DNA of 64,000 nucleotides from Octopus sinensis (taxonomy: Eukaryota): NCBI RefSeq assembly GCF_006345805.1, contig NC_043010.1, positions 20,894,001 through 20,958,000 of the forward strand, given 5' to 3'. How positions within the stretch are numbered: the first letter of the stretch is position 1; each line of letters begins with the position of its first letter. Of this stretch, positions 40,613 to 53,558 are shown one piece after another. The notes under the pieces are model-generated. The model saw only the letters and a list, made by a program, of their open reading frames with translations, was not told the origin of the DNA and searched no databases. Position numbers and translations under genes: made by a program.

Positions 40613-40976
40613 TGTATATGTATAAGTGTGTGCGTCTTAGCATCTGTGTTTGTCTCCCCATCGCTTGACAACCGGTGTTGGTGTGTTTACGCTCCCGTAA
40701 CTTTGATGTCAGGTAAAACTAGAACGATAGGGTAAGTACTAGGCTTAAAAAAGTACTGGCTCGAGGTGTACTGGCAGTGCAACAGTATGGCCGCAGTCAA
40801 ATGACCAAAACATGGAAAAGACAAAGATAACGTATAGTCTATAAACGAGGAGGTGAGGAAAAGTTCCTGGATTTGAGTCAAAGAAAATACTGGAGAATCA
40901 CTTATATCTCTCTCTATCTATCTATCTGTCTGTCTGTCTGTCTGTCTATATATCTATCTATCTGTCTGTCTGTCTT

Positions 40977-41056
<80 letters not shown>

Positions 41057-41061
41057 CCTAC

Positions 41062-41146
<85 letters not shown>

Positions 41147-42559
41147 GCTTTCTCTCTTTATCTATCTATCTATCTATCTATCTATCTCTAGCTATCTATA
41201 AACACACATACACACACACCCGCCCGCCAACTCTTACAGACTTAAGAGATACAACCATAAATATGGCGCTCTTCGGTCATACCTGATGCGTTATTTGTTC
41301 TTCGTCGCGTTGTAAACACTCCCTTGTTACTTCGTCTGTGAGTGATCGGTTGTTTGAAACCAGTAACGAGCTCCGCTATCGTTCACCATTTATGGCATGA
41401 AACAATTTAAAAAAAAATTGGAGAGTTAATTAACAAATTACTAGTGTTGTCAGTTTTTATATATTTTTGAACTCAATCATTGCCAGGAGCTATCGTTTGT
41501 ATCACATATCTTAGAGAGAACGATTGTATGCTAGAAATATATTTTATGGAAGCACAAAAGTGAAATATTTTGAATTTATAGTAGTTTAATGGAATCGTAA
41601 TGTCCTTGTCATTTTTACCTATGTCAGTCATGGTATCACTGAAGATTTGTAATCAAAGGCTTTCTGCTCATGGCCAGCTAATCTTATTTTCACATATACT
41701 GTATCAAGGAGTATATTACCGGTGGACGTTGTTTCTTCAGTAATTACACTGTAATTGTAGACTGACTTAACTGCTATATCTGGTAGGTCGAGCCACGCTA
41801 CGCACTTTTCCTTTTGGATGAGTGAAGCGAAATTAAGAGAAAATACTTCAGGTCTATTATCTCTAACTGGTCAAGGCACAGTACACATGCTACTCTTTAG
41901 GCTATTTGGGGCCAAAGAAAGAGCCTATGCTGTTGGATACCTTTATAAGCACATAGAGTAGGGTCTGTTATTCCTGGCATGTCGAGCCACTGTGCGCACG
42001 TTTCCTTTTTACTAAGAACGGCCAAAAAAGCAAAAAAAGACCGTATACGGTAGAGTACATTTCGAGTACATAGTTCAACTTCTAAGGTTCCGGTTTTAAA
42101 AGGCATTTCAGTTAAATTTGACTTTCATCCGTCGACGTTTATGCGATTAAATGTCATCCGTATCGTAGTTGAGTTTAATTCCCTACCCACATCATCTGAT
42201 ACATAATTTAATATTGTAATTCTCCAACAGAAATCAATATTTTAGTTATGAAAACAATAAAGTAGATCTATGTGGTATCTGCTATGCAGTAGTTCTGCTG
42301 CATTCTACCCACAGTCTCTTTGGTTTGGATTTTCGAAATGAATTACTCACACGAACCAAAGACGTAACTACAAACACATTCAGCAAAACAACTTCCATGC
42401 AACTCCACTCCGCTACACACATACAAACACACATTTATGTCCATCAGTTCATGAATGAAATATATTTTAATTAAGTTCCAATCAAACAAAACTTATTTGG
42501 TTAATGTATCGATTTACAGCTGTTTTTTCCCCTCACTGTCTATTTTTTTTTTCAACTAA

Positions 42560-43000
42560 CAAATGCAACTCTACATAATAATACTTCATCTCAATTTGGA
42601 ATGCCAGAATAGATGGAAGAACTAACATTTTGGCGATGACATTTGATAAACAACTGCAGTAATCAATATTGGTAAAGAATTTAATAATTCCCCTGTTCCT
42701 TTCTCTAAAACTGTCAAGACCTTTTGTTTGTTTCGAGTCTTAGTTATCTTCCGCATGTCTAATATATAATGTTATTTTATATGCTGTGTTGTTATTTATT
42801 ATTAATTTGTTTTATTATTATTTGTTTTTCTTCATGCCATTACTATTGATTGTTTTCAACTTCCTTTGGAAAATTTGTCGAATTATCAGCATGAGCATTC
42901 CATGTAATTTTCTGCCAACATTTCCTTATACCACTTTGACAACGGCGCCTCTAGGACTGCTTGGTATTTTCAGTTTCCATTCAGCGAACTAAACAACTAA
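42560..43000 (-). pseudogene. possible highly degraded pogo/Tigger transposase remnant
   Basis: Minus-strand fragments VLEAPLSKWYKEMLAEN (CENP-B HTH-like) and PN*DEVLLCRVA (NADETGLFYR-like) occur in the expected order, with many stops. Confidence 0.3.
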
Positions 43001-43312
43001 TTCACTTGGCTATTTACACGAATTACTATCATTTGACATTAATTTTAAAGCTTATTTAAATGGTTTTTCTTTTGTTAGTAAACTTAGCATTTCTTTCACC
43101 TCCGTTCTCACCTGACGTCATTACCAATTCTGCAGTCAACACGAAATCGCAATAATTTAATATTCCTTCTTAGATTGTATTGAAAAATACCAACTGTAGT
43201 CTTTAGTTATTCTAATAAGTCCAGAGATACGTCGGTGATAATATCATCTGTTAAGAGCGGGACATGCTCATGTCTATTTAGCTAAATTAATATGAATAAA
43301 TAAATAAATATA

Positions 43313-43348
<36 letters not shown>

Positions 43349-43403
43349 TGTATGTATGTATGTATGTATGTATGTATGTATGTATGTATGTATGTATGTA
43401 TGT

Positions 43404-44160
43404 ATGTATGTATGTATGTATTTACTAGGTGCGATGAGTAAATTGTCGCCATTTAATATTTTTAATTTCGTGCATGTACATTGTTTGTTTTTTGATTTTG
43501 TCGACTACCCAATATAGTAAGGTCAGTTGGGCACCGTCTGTAAGAAAAACAGCACCACGACGCAAGTTACTCTGCCAGAAATTTGGAAATAACATGCTGT
43601 TATTGCTTGGAATTCGCGCCGGAATCTCCAATACGAACATTTCAGAGTGTTTAGTGTGTCAATCTGAGGACAATGCAGAGGATTTGGAAAGAATAGGATA
43701 AATCTAATAGTGATTACGAAGGTACGGCATCTCGGAAAACTCTCTCTGATCGTTGTGATAACAAAAAAGCTCCTGAGTTTGTTGGTAAGACCAAGGCCAT
43801 GATTGAAAACGATCCCTCCAACTCAGTCAGGTCTATTACCAGGGATATGGGAGTGTTTGAGTTTGTTACCAGGCAGATAGTGTATGAAGACATTCGGTAT
43901 TACTCATAGATGATGAGAAAGGGCTAATTTTTATCCCAAAATATCAAAGAGAAGAGAAAAAACCTCGCTACGAAGTTTTTGAACAAACTCAAGCATCCCC
44001 TCCAACTGAACATGCTTTGGTTTTTCTCAGATGAGAAAAGTTTCTGCCAGGATCAGATGGTGAACACGCAGAACAACCATTGACTTGAGGTGTCCTCAAA
44101 ACATCTACCGAGAGTGATAAAGTCAGACATCCAGTCAATATCATGGTGTTTGGAGTCAGA
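43404..44160 (+). mobile_element. maT-like transposon 5' half (same family as 36512-37320)
   Basis: Same terminal sequence and 5' region; contains WFFSDEK and HPVNIMVFGV. Another fragment lies at 39135-39275. Confidence 0.75.
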
Positions 44161-44691
44161 AATTTTATTTGTGAAGGGACCTTATGGAGGAGGTGCCAGA
44201 TGTTTCTGCCTCCATGATCCACCCAGGAATGGCGAGTAGCAAAGACGGTTGGATAGAGAAAAGGACTATCCTTAAAAAAAAATCTAAAGCTCCCCACACT
44301 CGAGGCTAATGTGGTGAGGGGTCAGTTTGAACAGAAGCTAACAACAGTCATGGGGTGGTGCTGGTGATGGTAAAGTGTGGGATCCGGGTCTTGTAGAAAT
44401 TCTGGTGGATTGATTAGTAGGTGACGCATTGTGATTAAAAGACACTTTAAAACAATACGTTTCTTTGTTTCCACAAAATATTTCTAGTAAAACAGCGGTG
44501 ACTAAATCGTTTAGTAACAACTCTGGCAACAATAACCGTTTCTGTTTGACAGTTTCATTTATATATTTGGTTCATCTTATTAAAGCATTCAACTCAGAGA
44601 CAAATTAGTTAACATTGCCAATAATATCCATTTCTATGTAAATTAAATGTAGCTGCTACAATATATATCTGTAATATTTACCAACTGTAGA

Positions 44692-44935
44692 GGCGCGTGG
44701 CTTAGTGGTTAGGGTGTCAGCATCATGATCGTAAGAGTGTGGTTTCAATTCCCGGACCGGGCTACGCGTTGTGTTCTTGAGCAAAACACTTCATTTCACG
44801 TTGCTCCGGTTTACTCAGCTGGCAAAAATGAGTAACGCTGCGATGGATTGGCGTCCCATCAAGCTGGGGAACACATACGCCATGGAAACCGAGAAACCGG
44901 GTCCATGAGCATGGCTAGACTTTAAAAGGGCGCAA
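44692..44935 (+). mobile_element. tRNA-derived SINE
   Basis: A box tggcttagtgg, B box gtttcaattcc, then gtgttcttgagcaaaacacttcatttc; relatives at 39695-39790 and 61298-61460. Confidence 0.75.
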
Positions 44936-45829
44936 AAGAATATTTACCAACTGATATAACATCGCTGTACCCAGGTTCAAAGCAGTTGAATGTGGGATAC
45001 GCGAACCATAATTTGAAAGTAACGATCGGATGTGTCAATTACTCAATACACTTTAAAACAACATCAACCTAGAACTAAGAGTCAAATCTCCCGATCACAA
45101 CCTACTGACTTAAAGAGGGGAACCTAAATTAGATATTATAGTCCGAAGTACCTAAAAAGGTCGGGGTGGTCACAACTGGAAGATCAATTAAAGCTAACCC
45201 GGAACTAAACAGCAAAAGTGTTCCGCCAAACCTCCCTCAGACTAAGGACAATTTCTATTGGATGAAGATTGGGCGCAAAAGTTCTGTTTTGATTGGGTTA
45301 ATTTTTACAACGATCAAATCACATTTTTGAAGGGATGTTTTCCCTTTTATTCCTCTTCCTTCCTTTTCCACTTTCTCCTAGTCTTTTACCACACAGGCGC
45401 GCATGCATATCTGTAAAACTACACTGGTACTTACATACAAAAATATACACCTGCAATACGTATTGAATGCAGTTCTAAATTTCTCAAAATGAATTATAAT
45501 TTGCACCGTCCTGGGGCGAATCCTAGGTAACGCAAATCTTTAGACATTCAGAAATATGTTCGCATTTCGGTTTTAAAAAGCCGTCCGTTATGTTCCTCAA
45601 TTACCACTCAAATAATCACCTGCATAGAACATACGTAGAACCAAACACACAAACATTCACACATATATAGATGCAGAAAAATGTATACACACAAGCATGT
45701 ACATATACACACATACATGCATACATACATACATACATACATACATACATACATACATACATACATACATAAATACATACATACATAAAAACATACATAC
45801 CTACATACATACACACATGTAAATATATA

Positions 45830-46249
45830 TTCTTATATTCTTTTATTCTTTTACTCGTTTCAGTCATTTGACTGCAGCCGTGCTGGAGCACTGCCCTTAG
45901 TCGAACAAATCGACCGCAGGGCTTATTCTTTGTAATCCTAGTACTTATTCTATCGGTTCCTTCCGCCGAACCGCTACATTACGGGGACATAAACACACCA
46001 GCATCAGTTGTCAAGCAATGGTGGAGGGACAAACACAGACACACGCAGAAATACATACATACATACATATATATATATGTATGTATATATATGTGGCTGT
46101 GTGGTAAGCAGCTTGCTTACGAACCATATGGTTCCGGGTTCAGTCCCACTGCACTGCGTGGCACCTTGGGCTAGTGCTTTCTACTATAGTCTCGGCCGAC
46201 CAAAACCTTGTGAGTAGATTTGGTAGACGAAAACTGAAAGAACCCCGTC

Positions 46250-46301
<52 letters not shown>

Positions 46302-46515
46302 GTGTGTGTGTTTGTGTGTCTGTGTTTGTCTTTCCAGCATCACTTGACAATCGATGCTGGTATGTTTACGTCCCTGTAATCTAGCGGTTCGGCAAAAGAG
46401 CCCGATAGAATAAATACTGGGCTTACAAAGAATAAATCCTGGGGCCGATTTGCTCGACTAAAGGCGGTGCTCCAGCATGGCCACAGTCAAATGACTCAAA
46501 AAAAGTAAAAGAGTA
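45830..46515. mobile_element. two SINE family B copies in opposite orientation (45830-46050 minus, 46092-46515 plus)
   Basis: Homologous to 48594-48992. Confidence 0.8.
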
Positions 46516-46614
46516 AAGAGGAGATACATATATATATATACGCACATATACATATATATATACATACATATATATATATGCATACGTATATAAATATTTT
46601 CGTATAAATATATA

Positions 46615-46655
<41 letters not shown>

Positions 46656-47101
46656 GTTTCGGTACACGTCTGTCTGTATGTCTGTGTCTAATGGTTCTAT
46701 AGAAATGATATGGAAAATATGAATGAATTCCCTGTGTGCCATCGAAAAATACAATAAATATCGCTGAGATAACATCTGTGCCCGAGGCATGATGATAGAG
46801 GAAAAGGTAAATATGGCAATGGAAGCAAATTTCAGAAAATACTCTTATATGAAAAGACGGCAATACAAAACAATGCGCACGCACTATCGTACACGCACGT
46901 ACGCACGCACGCACGCATACACACACACACACACGCACACACACATATACAAACGGGAAAATACTCAATAACGAGAACTCACATATACACAGACACACAT
47001 CCATAAATATCCACAGATACCGTCGTTAATGTGTGTGTGTGTGTGACTGTACGTCTATGAGAATGTATGTGAAGATGAAGGCGACCATAATGATGATAGT
47101 G

Positions 47102-47146
<45 letters not shown>

Positions 47147-47485
47147 TAATAATGATGATGATGATGATGATGATAATAGCAACAACAACAATAATAATAA
47201 TAATGATAATAGTAATAGTAGTAATAATAATACCAAAAATAATATGACGAACAAAGATTATATGCACAACGAAATACAACGGTGAAATATATATATGGTA
47301 AAATGGTGATCATATTTAAGTTGCATACACTCATACTTACATGCATACATGTATACATACATACATACATACATACATACATACATACATACGGGCGTAC
47401 GTATATACATACATGCAAACACACATACATACTGGCATACGTATCCATCCAGTTATGCACACAAACGCAAACATGCACACATACG

Positions 47486-47517
<32 letters not shown>

Positions 47518-47657
47518 CACACAAACACACACACACACACATACATATATATATAAACATACACACATATACGTGCACACACGAATACAGGGGCACACGC
47601 ATAAGTGTAGAAATATGTAAATATTATATATATATATGTATATATACATATGTGAAA

Positions 47658-47717
<60 letters not shown>

Positions 47718-48091
47718 GTGTATATATATATGTGTGTAAAAATATATATATATATTTACACACACACCACACACACACAATTATATATATCTATATATTT
47801 ATATATTATATACAGATGTAGACATACACGTAGATAAGGTATGTTTATCTCAGTGTGCGTGAGTGTGTGCGAGCACTACATGGGAAGGAATCTATGTAGA
47901 CTTTTACAAATGCAAGGAATATGCATGGCGTGTATACACATTAGCACACACACACACACATGAACATACACAGACACACACATTCTACTTGAGCTAAATG
48001 CTAATACGCAATACAACAGACCACAGAAATATGGCGAATATGACACAGCACTTTTATTTTAATACATCATCATGTGTGTTTGTGTGTGAGT

Positions 48092-48130
<39 letters not shown>

Positions 48131-48552
48131 TGTGTGTGTGTGTGTGAGAAAAAAGAGACTAAATTCAATAAAAAATATCAGCCACGCATGAATATGAACA
48201 CATCAATTTTGGTTACATTTTTATTCAATGAATTAATTTAGTCCAATTATGTCTATTTATATCGAACTAATCAGCATATAACTAATTCACTTTAGCATCA
48301 CAAAATGAGAACTTACCTCCCCTGTTTCTCATAACAACAGTCAGTGATTACCTCCCCCAAAATTTATATATTTACAAAATATCTGGTCTCCTATGAACAT
48401 GGAATAACACCAACTAATTATGGTAACATGAAATTATAACATCATTAATTATCTTATCATGAGTATCTTATACTACAAAAGCGAAACCGGTTGATTATAT
48501 CATCATTTTATTTCATAAATATTTTTCAGCATAAAAATTTCCGTGCATTTTG

Positions 48553-48593
<41 letters not shown>

Positions 48594-48595
<2 letters not shown>

Positions 48596-48992
48596 CTCTT
48601 TTACTGTTTTACTTGTTTCAGTCATTTTGACTGTGGCCATGCTGGAGCACCACCTTTAGTCGAGCAAATCGGGCCCAGGACTTATTCTTTGTAAGTCTAG
48701 TACTTATTCTATCGTTCTCTTTTGCCGAACCGCTAAGTTGCGGGGGACGCAAACACACCACCATCGGTTGTCAAGCGATGTTGGGGGGACAAACACAGAC
48801 ACACAAACACACATATATACACATATATACGACTGGATTCTTTCAGTTTCCGTCCACCAAATCCACTCACAAGACTTAGGTCGGCCCGAGGCTATAGTAG
48901 AAGGCACTTGCCGAAGGTGCCACGCAGTGGGACTGAACCCAGAATCATGTGGTTGGTAAGCAAGCTACTTACCACACAGCCACTCCTACGCC
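48594..48992 (-). mobile_element. SINE family B, full length
   Basis: Minus-strand head ggcgtaggagtggctgtgtggtaag...gggttcagtccc, CORE-like block, internal (TG/TA)n and 3' tail. Confidence 0.85.
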
Positions 48993-49000
48993 TATATATT

Positions 49001-50210
49001 GAGCGGGAATACTTTTTATACATATGTTAAGTTCCTTGGTAACGTAATTTTGTTTGCTGTATATGTTGAGGCTTATATGTACTTGTGGGTGTGTGTGAGT
49101 GGGGTGGGTGTTTGTATTTGTTATGGGTGTGTGGTTTACGTGTGTGTATTTGTGTGTGAATGTATAGGTTAAAGGGATTGCTATATAAGTATGTTATAGT
49201 GTTTAGTAAGGGAGGTTTTATCATTTATGTTTTGTGTGATTTTAGTTTATCATGGTAGTTTTATAAAAGAATCCATTCATAATTTTTTTTAAATAATGTT
49301 GGTTTACCGCGTGTATATAATTTTAATTCCATTTATTCTATTTCTCCATTCATAATTTTAAGTGAGGTTGGCTTCCATAGCGCGTATTCTTTTTATACAT
49401 AAGTTATGTTCCTATGGTAACGTAATTTGGTTTGATGTTTTTAACGGATTAGAATTTAATTTCACTTCATAATTTGAAACTGACTTGAAAGTATGTATAT
49501 TATTTCTCCTTATGTCATATTGTTATTTTTGATATTCTGGTTACTTACGATGTATTTTATATATCGTATTATGTGTAATAATGTTGTTTTTCTTTGGAGT
49601 GTTTATGTATGTGGGATTGTGTGGTGAGTGTGTGCGTATTTTGGTTGTGTATTTTGTTTATCTGTATGAATGTGGGTGTGTTAATATTGTTGTATATATC
49701 GAGTTTGGGAGTATGTATATGTATATGGTGTGTGTTTTACGTATGTATATTTGTGTGTGAATGTGTTTATGGGTTTGCTATTTAGTTTGGGGATGTATGT
49801 GTTTATTTGTCTGTGTGGGGTTGAGTGGGTTTTGGAGTATATGTTGAGGTTTATATGTATGTATAGTATGTGTAAGTGGGGTGGGTATTTGTATATGTCG
49901 TGGGTGTGTGGTTTACGTGTGGGTATTTTGTGTGTGAATGTTTAGGTTAGGGGGATGCTATATAGGTATGTTATAGAGTTTAGTAAGGGAGATTTTATCA
50001 TTATATGTTTTATGAGTTTGGTTTATCATGGTAGTTTTGTTAAGGAATTCGTAGTAATTTGTGTCTATTTGCGATGTCTGTTGTTTTTTGCATTGTTTCA
50101 TTCATATTTTTAAGTAGTGTTCGTTTTACCAAGTGAATATAATTTTAATTCCATTTATTCCATTTCTACGTTCATAGTTTTAAGTGATGTCCGTTTCTAG
50201 AGCGGGAATG
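49001..50210. repeat. strongly G/T-skewed block with diverged ~380-bp subrepeats
   Basis: 49060-49390 resembles 49838-50205; the motif tttttatacata.gtta.gttcct..ggtaacgtaattt occurs at 49013 and 49390. Confidence 0.7.
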
Positions 50211-50613
50211 TGGGTTGTATGTGTGTGTGAGGGAGTATGAATAAGTATTGTGTTGAAGTATTTAGCTATTTTATTTATTTATCGTTACCTAGATGTTTTA
50301 TGTGTATGTAAGGGATATATATATAGGTGTGTGATTAGTGTATGTATTTAGATATGGTATATATAATTAGGTATATGTGTATGGGTGTAATATATTTTAT
50401 TTTTTTTTGTTTTGTTTTATATTTATATTTTATTTTTATATTATATTTAATTGTTGATAGGTTTATTTTAGTTTATATATTGTTTATATATTGATTATAT
50501 ATGGATATATATAGGTTATATATAGATTATATATTTATATTTTTCATTAATACTTTAATTATTTTAAAATATTATTTTTATATTTTAAAATATTGATATT
50601 TTAGATTGGAAGT

Positions 50614-50656
50614 CCACCTGAAGATTGTCGATCAAGACAAGAAACAATTGTAGTGG
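50614..50656 (+). ncRNA. canonical minimal type-I hammerhead ribozyme
   Basis: CCAC CTGAAGA TTGTC gatcaa GACAA GAAA CAATTG TA GTGG; all core nucleotides and all stems are intact. Confidence 0.9.
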
Positions 50657-50744
50657 CGGTTTTTTTGACTTTTTATTAAAATTTTATGTATTGATTAAGT
50701 CTTTCCTTGTTTGTTTTGCAAAATAGTGGTTTTGTCTCTAATAA

Positions 50745-50788
<44 letters not shown>

Positions 50789-50963
50789 ATATATATATAC
50801 ACATGTATATCTTCTTCTTCTTCTTCTTCTTCTTCTTCTTCTTCTTCTTCTTCTCTTCTTTTCACCGTCTCCTTCCTCAGTTACTGCTGCTTAAACACCA
50901 AAACCTAGAACCCACACCCTTCATACTAAATATTTCTTATATTTACACACACACACACACATA

Positions 50964-51012
<49 letters not shown>

Positions 51013-52174
51013 ATACATATGTATATATGTATATGCATATATATATTTGTGCGTATGTGTGTGTGTATGCGCATATATATTTTTGTATGTATGTATTTAT
51101 GTATGCATGCTTGTGTGTTTATGTGTCTCTATTTAAGTAAATAGAAATTTATAGATTACCATTCAGCTATTAAGCCACTTCTTATCGTCAATGGAATACC
51201 TGCGTTTGACGAAGATTACAGATAGAATTTGTATACTCTTCGTCCTGCTCAAACAGAGAAAAAATTCATATAAAATTTCGATTTGATATTTGCCTATACA
51301 TCGAACCGCTACTTGTATTGTAGCTATCTGCTTTCATAATCGCAAGAGAAATTTCTGCCTTCTATATTCACAAGATACACTTTCCTCTCTGGTGAACAAT
51401 GTAGAATAGTGGATAATTTCAAAGGACTGAAATTTACAAATATTAGCTGTTCATATTCAGAACATTAGCAATTCCACCAGCGCTGCTAAACAATTTTCTC
51501 ATGCTACTGATGTATTTCTGTGTTTTTTTTAAACACAAGACGTTTATACGAGATGCTTTCTCGAGACGAATACCGCAGTTTCTAGGCTTTCTACAATGTA
51601 TCTGGGCTAACTATGATACACAAAATGTAGACTTTCGTGCATTCATTATTATATAACCCAAGGTGTTTCTTTTAATGCACAAATGTGGCTTTTCGTTGCT
51701 AATTAAGTCTTAAGCTCACGTTTCCATCGTCTAGGCTCAAAAAAGCCCTTATTGTTGGTTTCCTTGTCCTGTCTTTTACTGTTTTTATCTTTATTTGTAC
51801 TGACTTTTTATTTGTATTGCTTTTACGTCCTGTTCTTGTCACCTTTTTTTACCCCTCCGCAAAATTTTTTTATTTAATTCATTTGCGGGAAGGATTGTTT
51901 CCGAGTAGTCGTGTTCTGCCGTTACCTTCGAAACACGCAATGAGTCGAAACAGGGGCAGCTAAAGAAGGAATGTTCCCTCTGTAGTTTGTCTTGTACTCT
52001 GTTTTTTCGTTGTTAAAAAAGTCCGTTTCCTTGTTTTGTTTCTATGTTTTCGTTTCTCGTTGTGTTCTACGTTTATTTGTGGTGTTCTGTACTCATATAT
52101 GCATGTATATATTCATATAGATGTAGGTATGTACTTATATGTATGTATGTATGCATATGTTTTGTTTATTAAAT

Positions 52175-52730
52175 TGTTCAGCAGCCACATTCCTACCGCT
52201 GGTGAGACCCATATTAGAGTACGGGATTCAAGCCTCTTCTCCTTATCTCCTCAAAGACATACATCATCTCGAAAGAGTCCAGAAGCTGGCTACCCGCATG
52301 GTTCTTGGTCTCAAGCATTTGTCTTATGAAGAAAGGCTGAAGACGCTCGACCTTTATTCTCTAGAAAAACGACGACGCTGTGGTGATCTCATTCTTGCTC
52401 ACAATATCATAAGCGGAAAGTGTAACCTCTCGAAAGAGCTGTTCTTCACTCCTGCTCCAGAACATCGGCTGCGGGGTCACTCCGAAAAGCTCTATCTGCG
52501 ACGATTTCATCTCAATCGAAGGAGAGGGGCTTTCTCCGTCCTAGTTGCGGATTCGTGGAATAAGCTGCCGGACGAGATAGTGAAGATGCCGACGACCACT
52601 CGGTTCAAAGTCTCCCTTGACGACAAATGGCCTGAACTCTTTGCATGAACACCACCCTGTACATAACTCCATGCCCCCTACATGGCCTTGCTTTTTGCTT
52701 TTTGAGCCAAAAAATTAGCTAACTAACTAA
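52175..52730 (+). mobile_element. CR1-clade LINE 3' fragment
   Basis: LVRPILEYG, LERVQKLATRMV, YEERLKTLDLYSLEKRR..GDLI, LRGHS, WNKLP; stop at 52648; short 3' UTR ending in (CTAA)n. Confidence 0.9.
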
Positions 52731-53301
52731 CATATATATATGTATATAGGAGAAGAATTCACAAAAAAAAACAACAAAAGACGAGGGCAGATGGTGTAGA
52801 CAACAAACAGATGTATTAGTTTAATGCTCGGGAAGTGAAAAAGTATTTAACGTTTCGAGCCTACGCTCTTCCACAGAAAGGAACACACAAAGAAACAGGG
52901 AGGGAAAATAAAGAATGTGTAGTGGCTAGCGATCTATCATGGCGAATCATATATATATATTAATATATATATATATATGAGAACAGAGAGAATATCGATA
53001 AGACAAAAAAAAAACCGGGAGGACGTGGCACATGCAAAGTATTCATAATATTTTCAGGGACGGAAAGAAAATGGTGTTTTACGTTTCGCGCAATGCTCTA
53101 CTTCGGAGACAGGAGACAGAGGAAAGAAAAGAAAAGGAAGACGGAGAGAAAAAATCGCAACGATCCTCATGTAGTTACATCTATCTATCTATCTTCATCT
53201 ATCTATCTATTCTATCTATCTATTATCTATCTATCTATATATCTATCTATATACTATCTATCTATCTTATGTATATACATATATATATATGTGTGTGTAT
53301 A

Positions 53302-53343
<42 letters not shown>

Positions 53344-53479
53344 TAGATATATATATATAGAAAATAGTAAAAAGTGAAAAAACTACAGAAGGCTGTTTAA
53401 AAGGTTAAAAAATATATATTTGAGTCAATATGTCTGAAGAATGTTATCAATTTTTTTCTTACAATGACATAGTTTAGAA

Positions 53480-53519
53480 AAGAAATGGCCGGTTTCGCGT
53501 TCAGCTTTTCAAATTTCTT
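53480..53519 (-). ncRNA. hammerhead-like motif with U3:A8 core in the Penelope 3' pLTR
   Basis: AAGAAAU UUGAAAA GC ugaac GC GAAA CCGG CC AUUUCUU; 7-bp stem I, U16.1 replaced by C; 40 bp downstream of the GIY-YIG ORF. Confidence 0.5.
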
Positions 53520-53558
53520 ACATCGTTATGTTTACGTTGCGAAGAGTTATCGTTATGT

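Noticed and set aside
48450-48496. GAAA CCGG TT half-hammerhead (similar halves near 21002 and 22901)
   Set aside because: No convincing upstream CUGANGA with a matching stem I.
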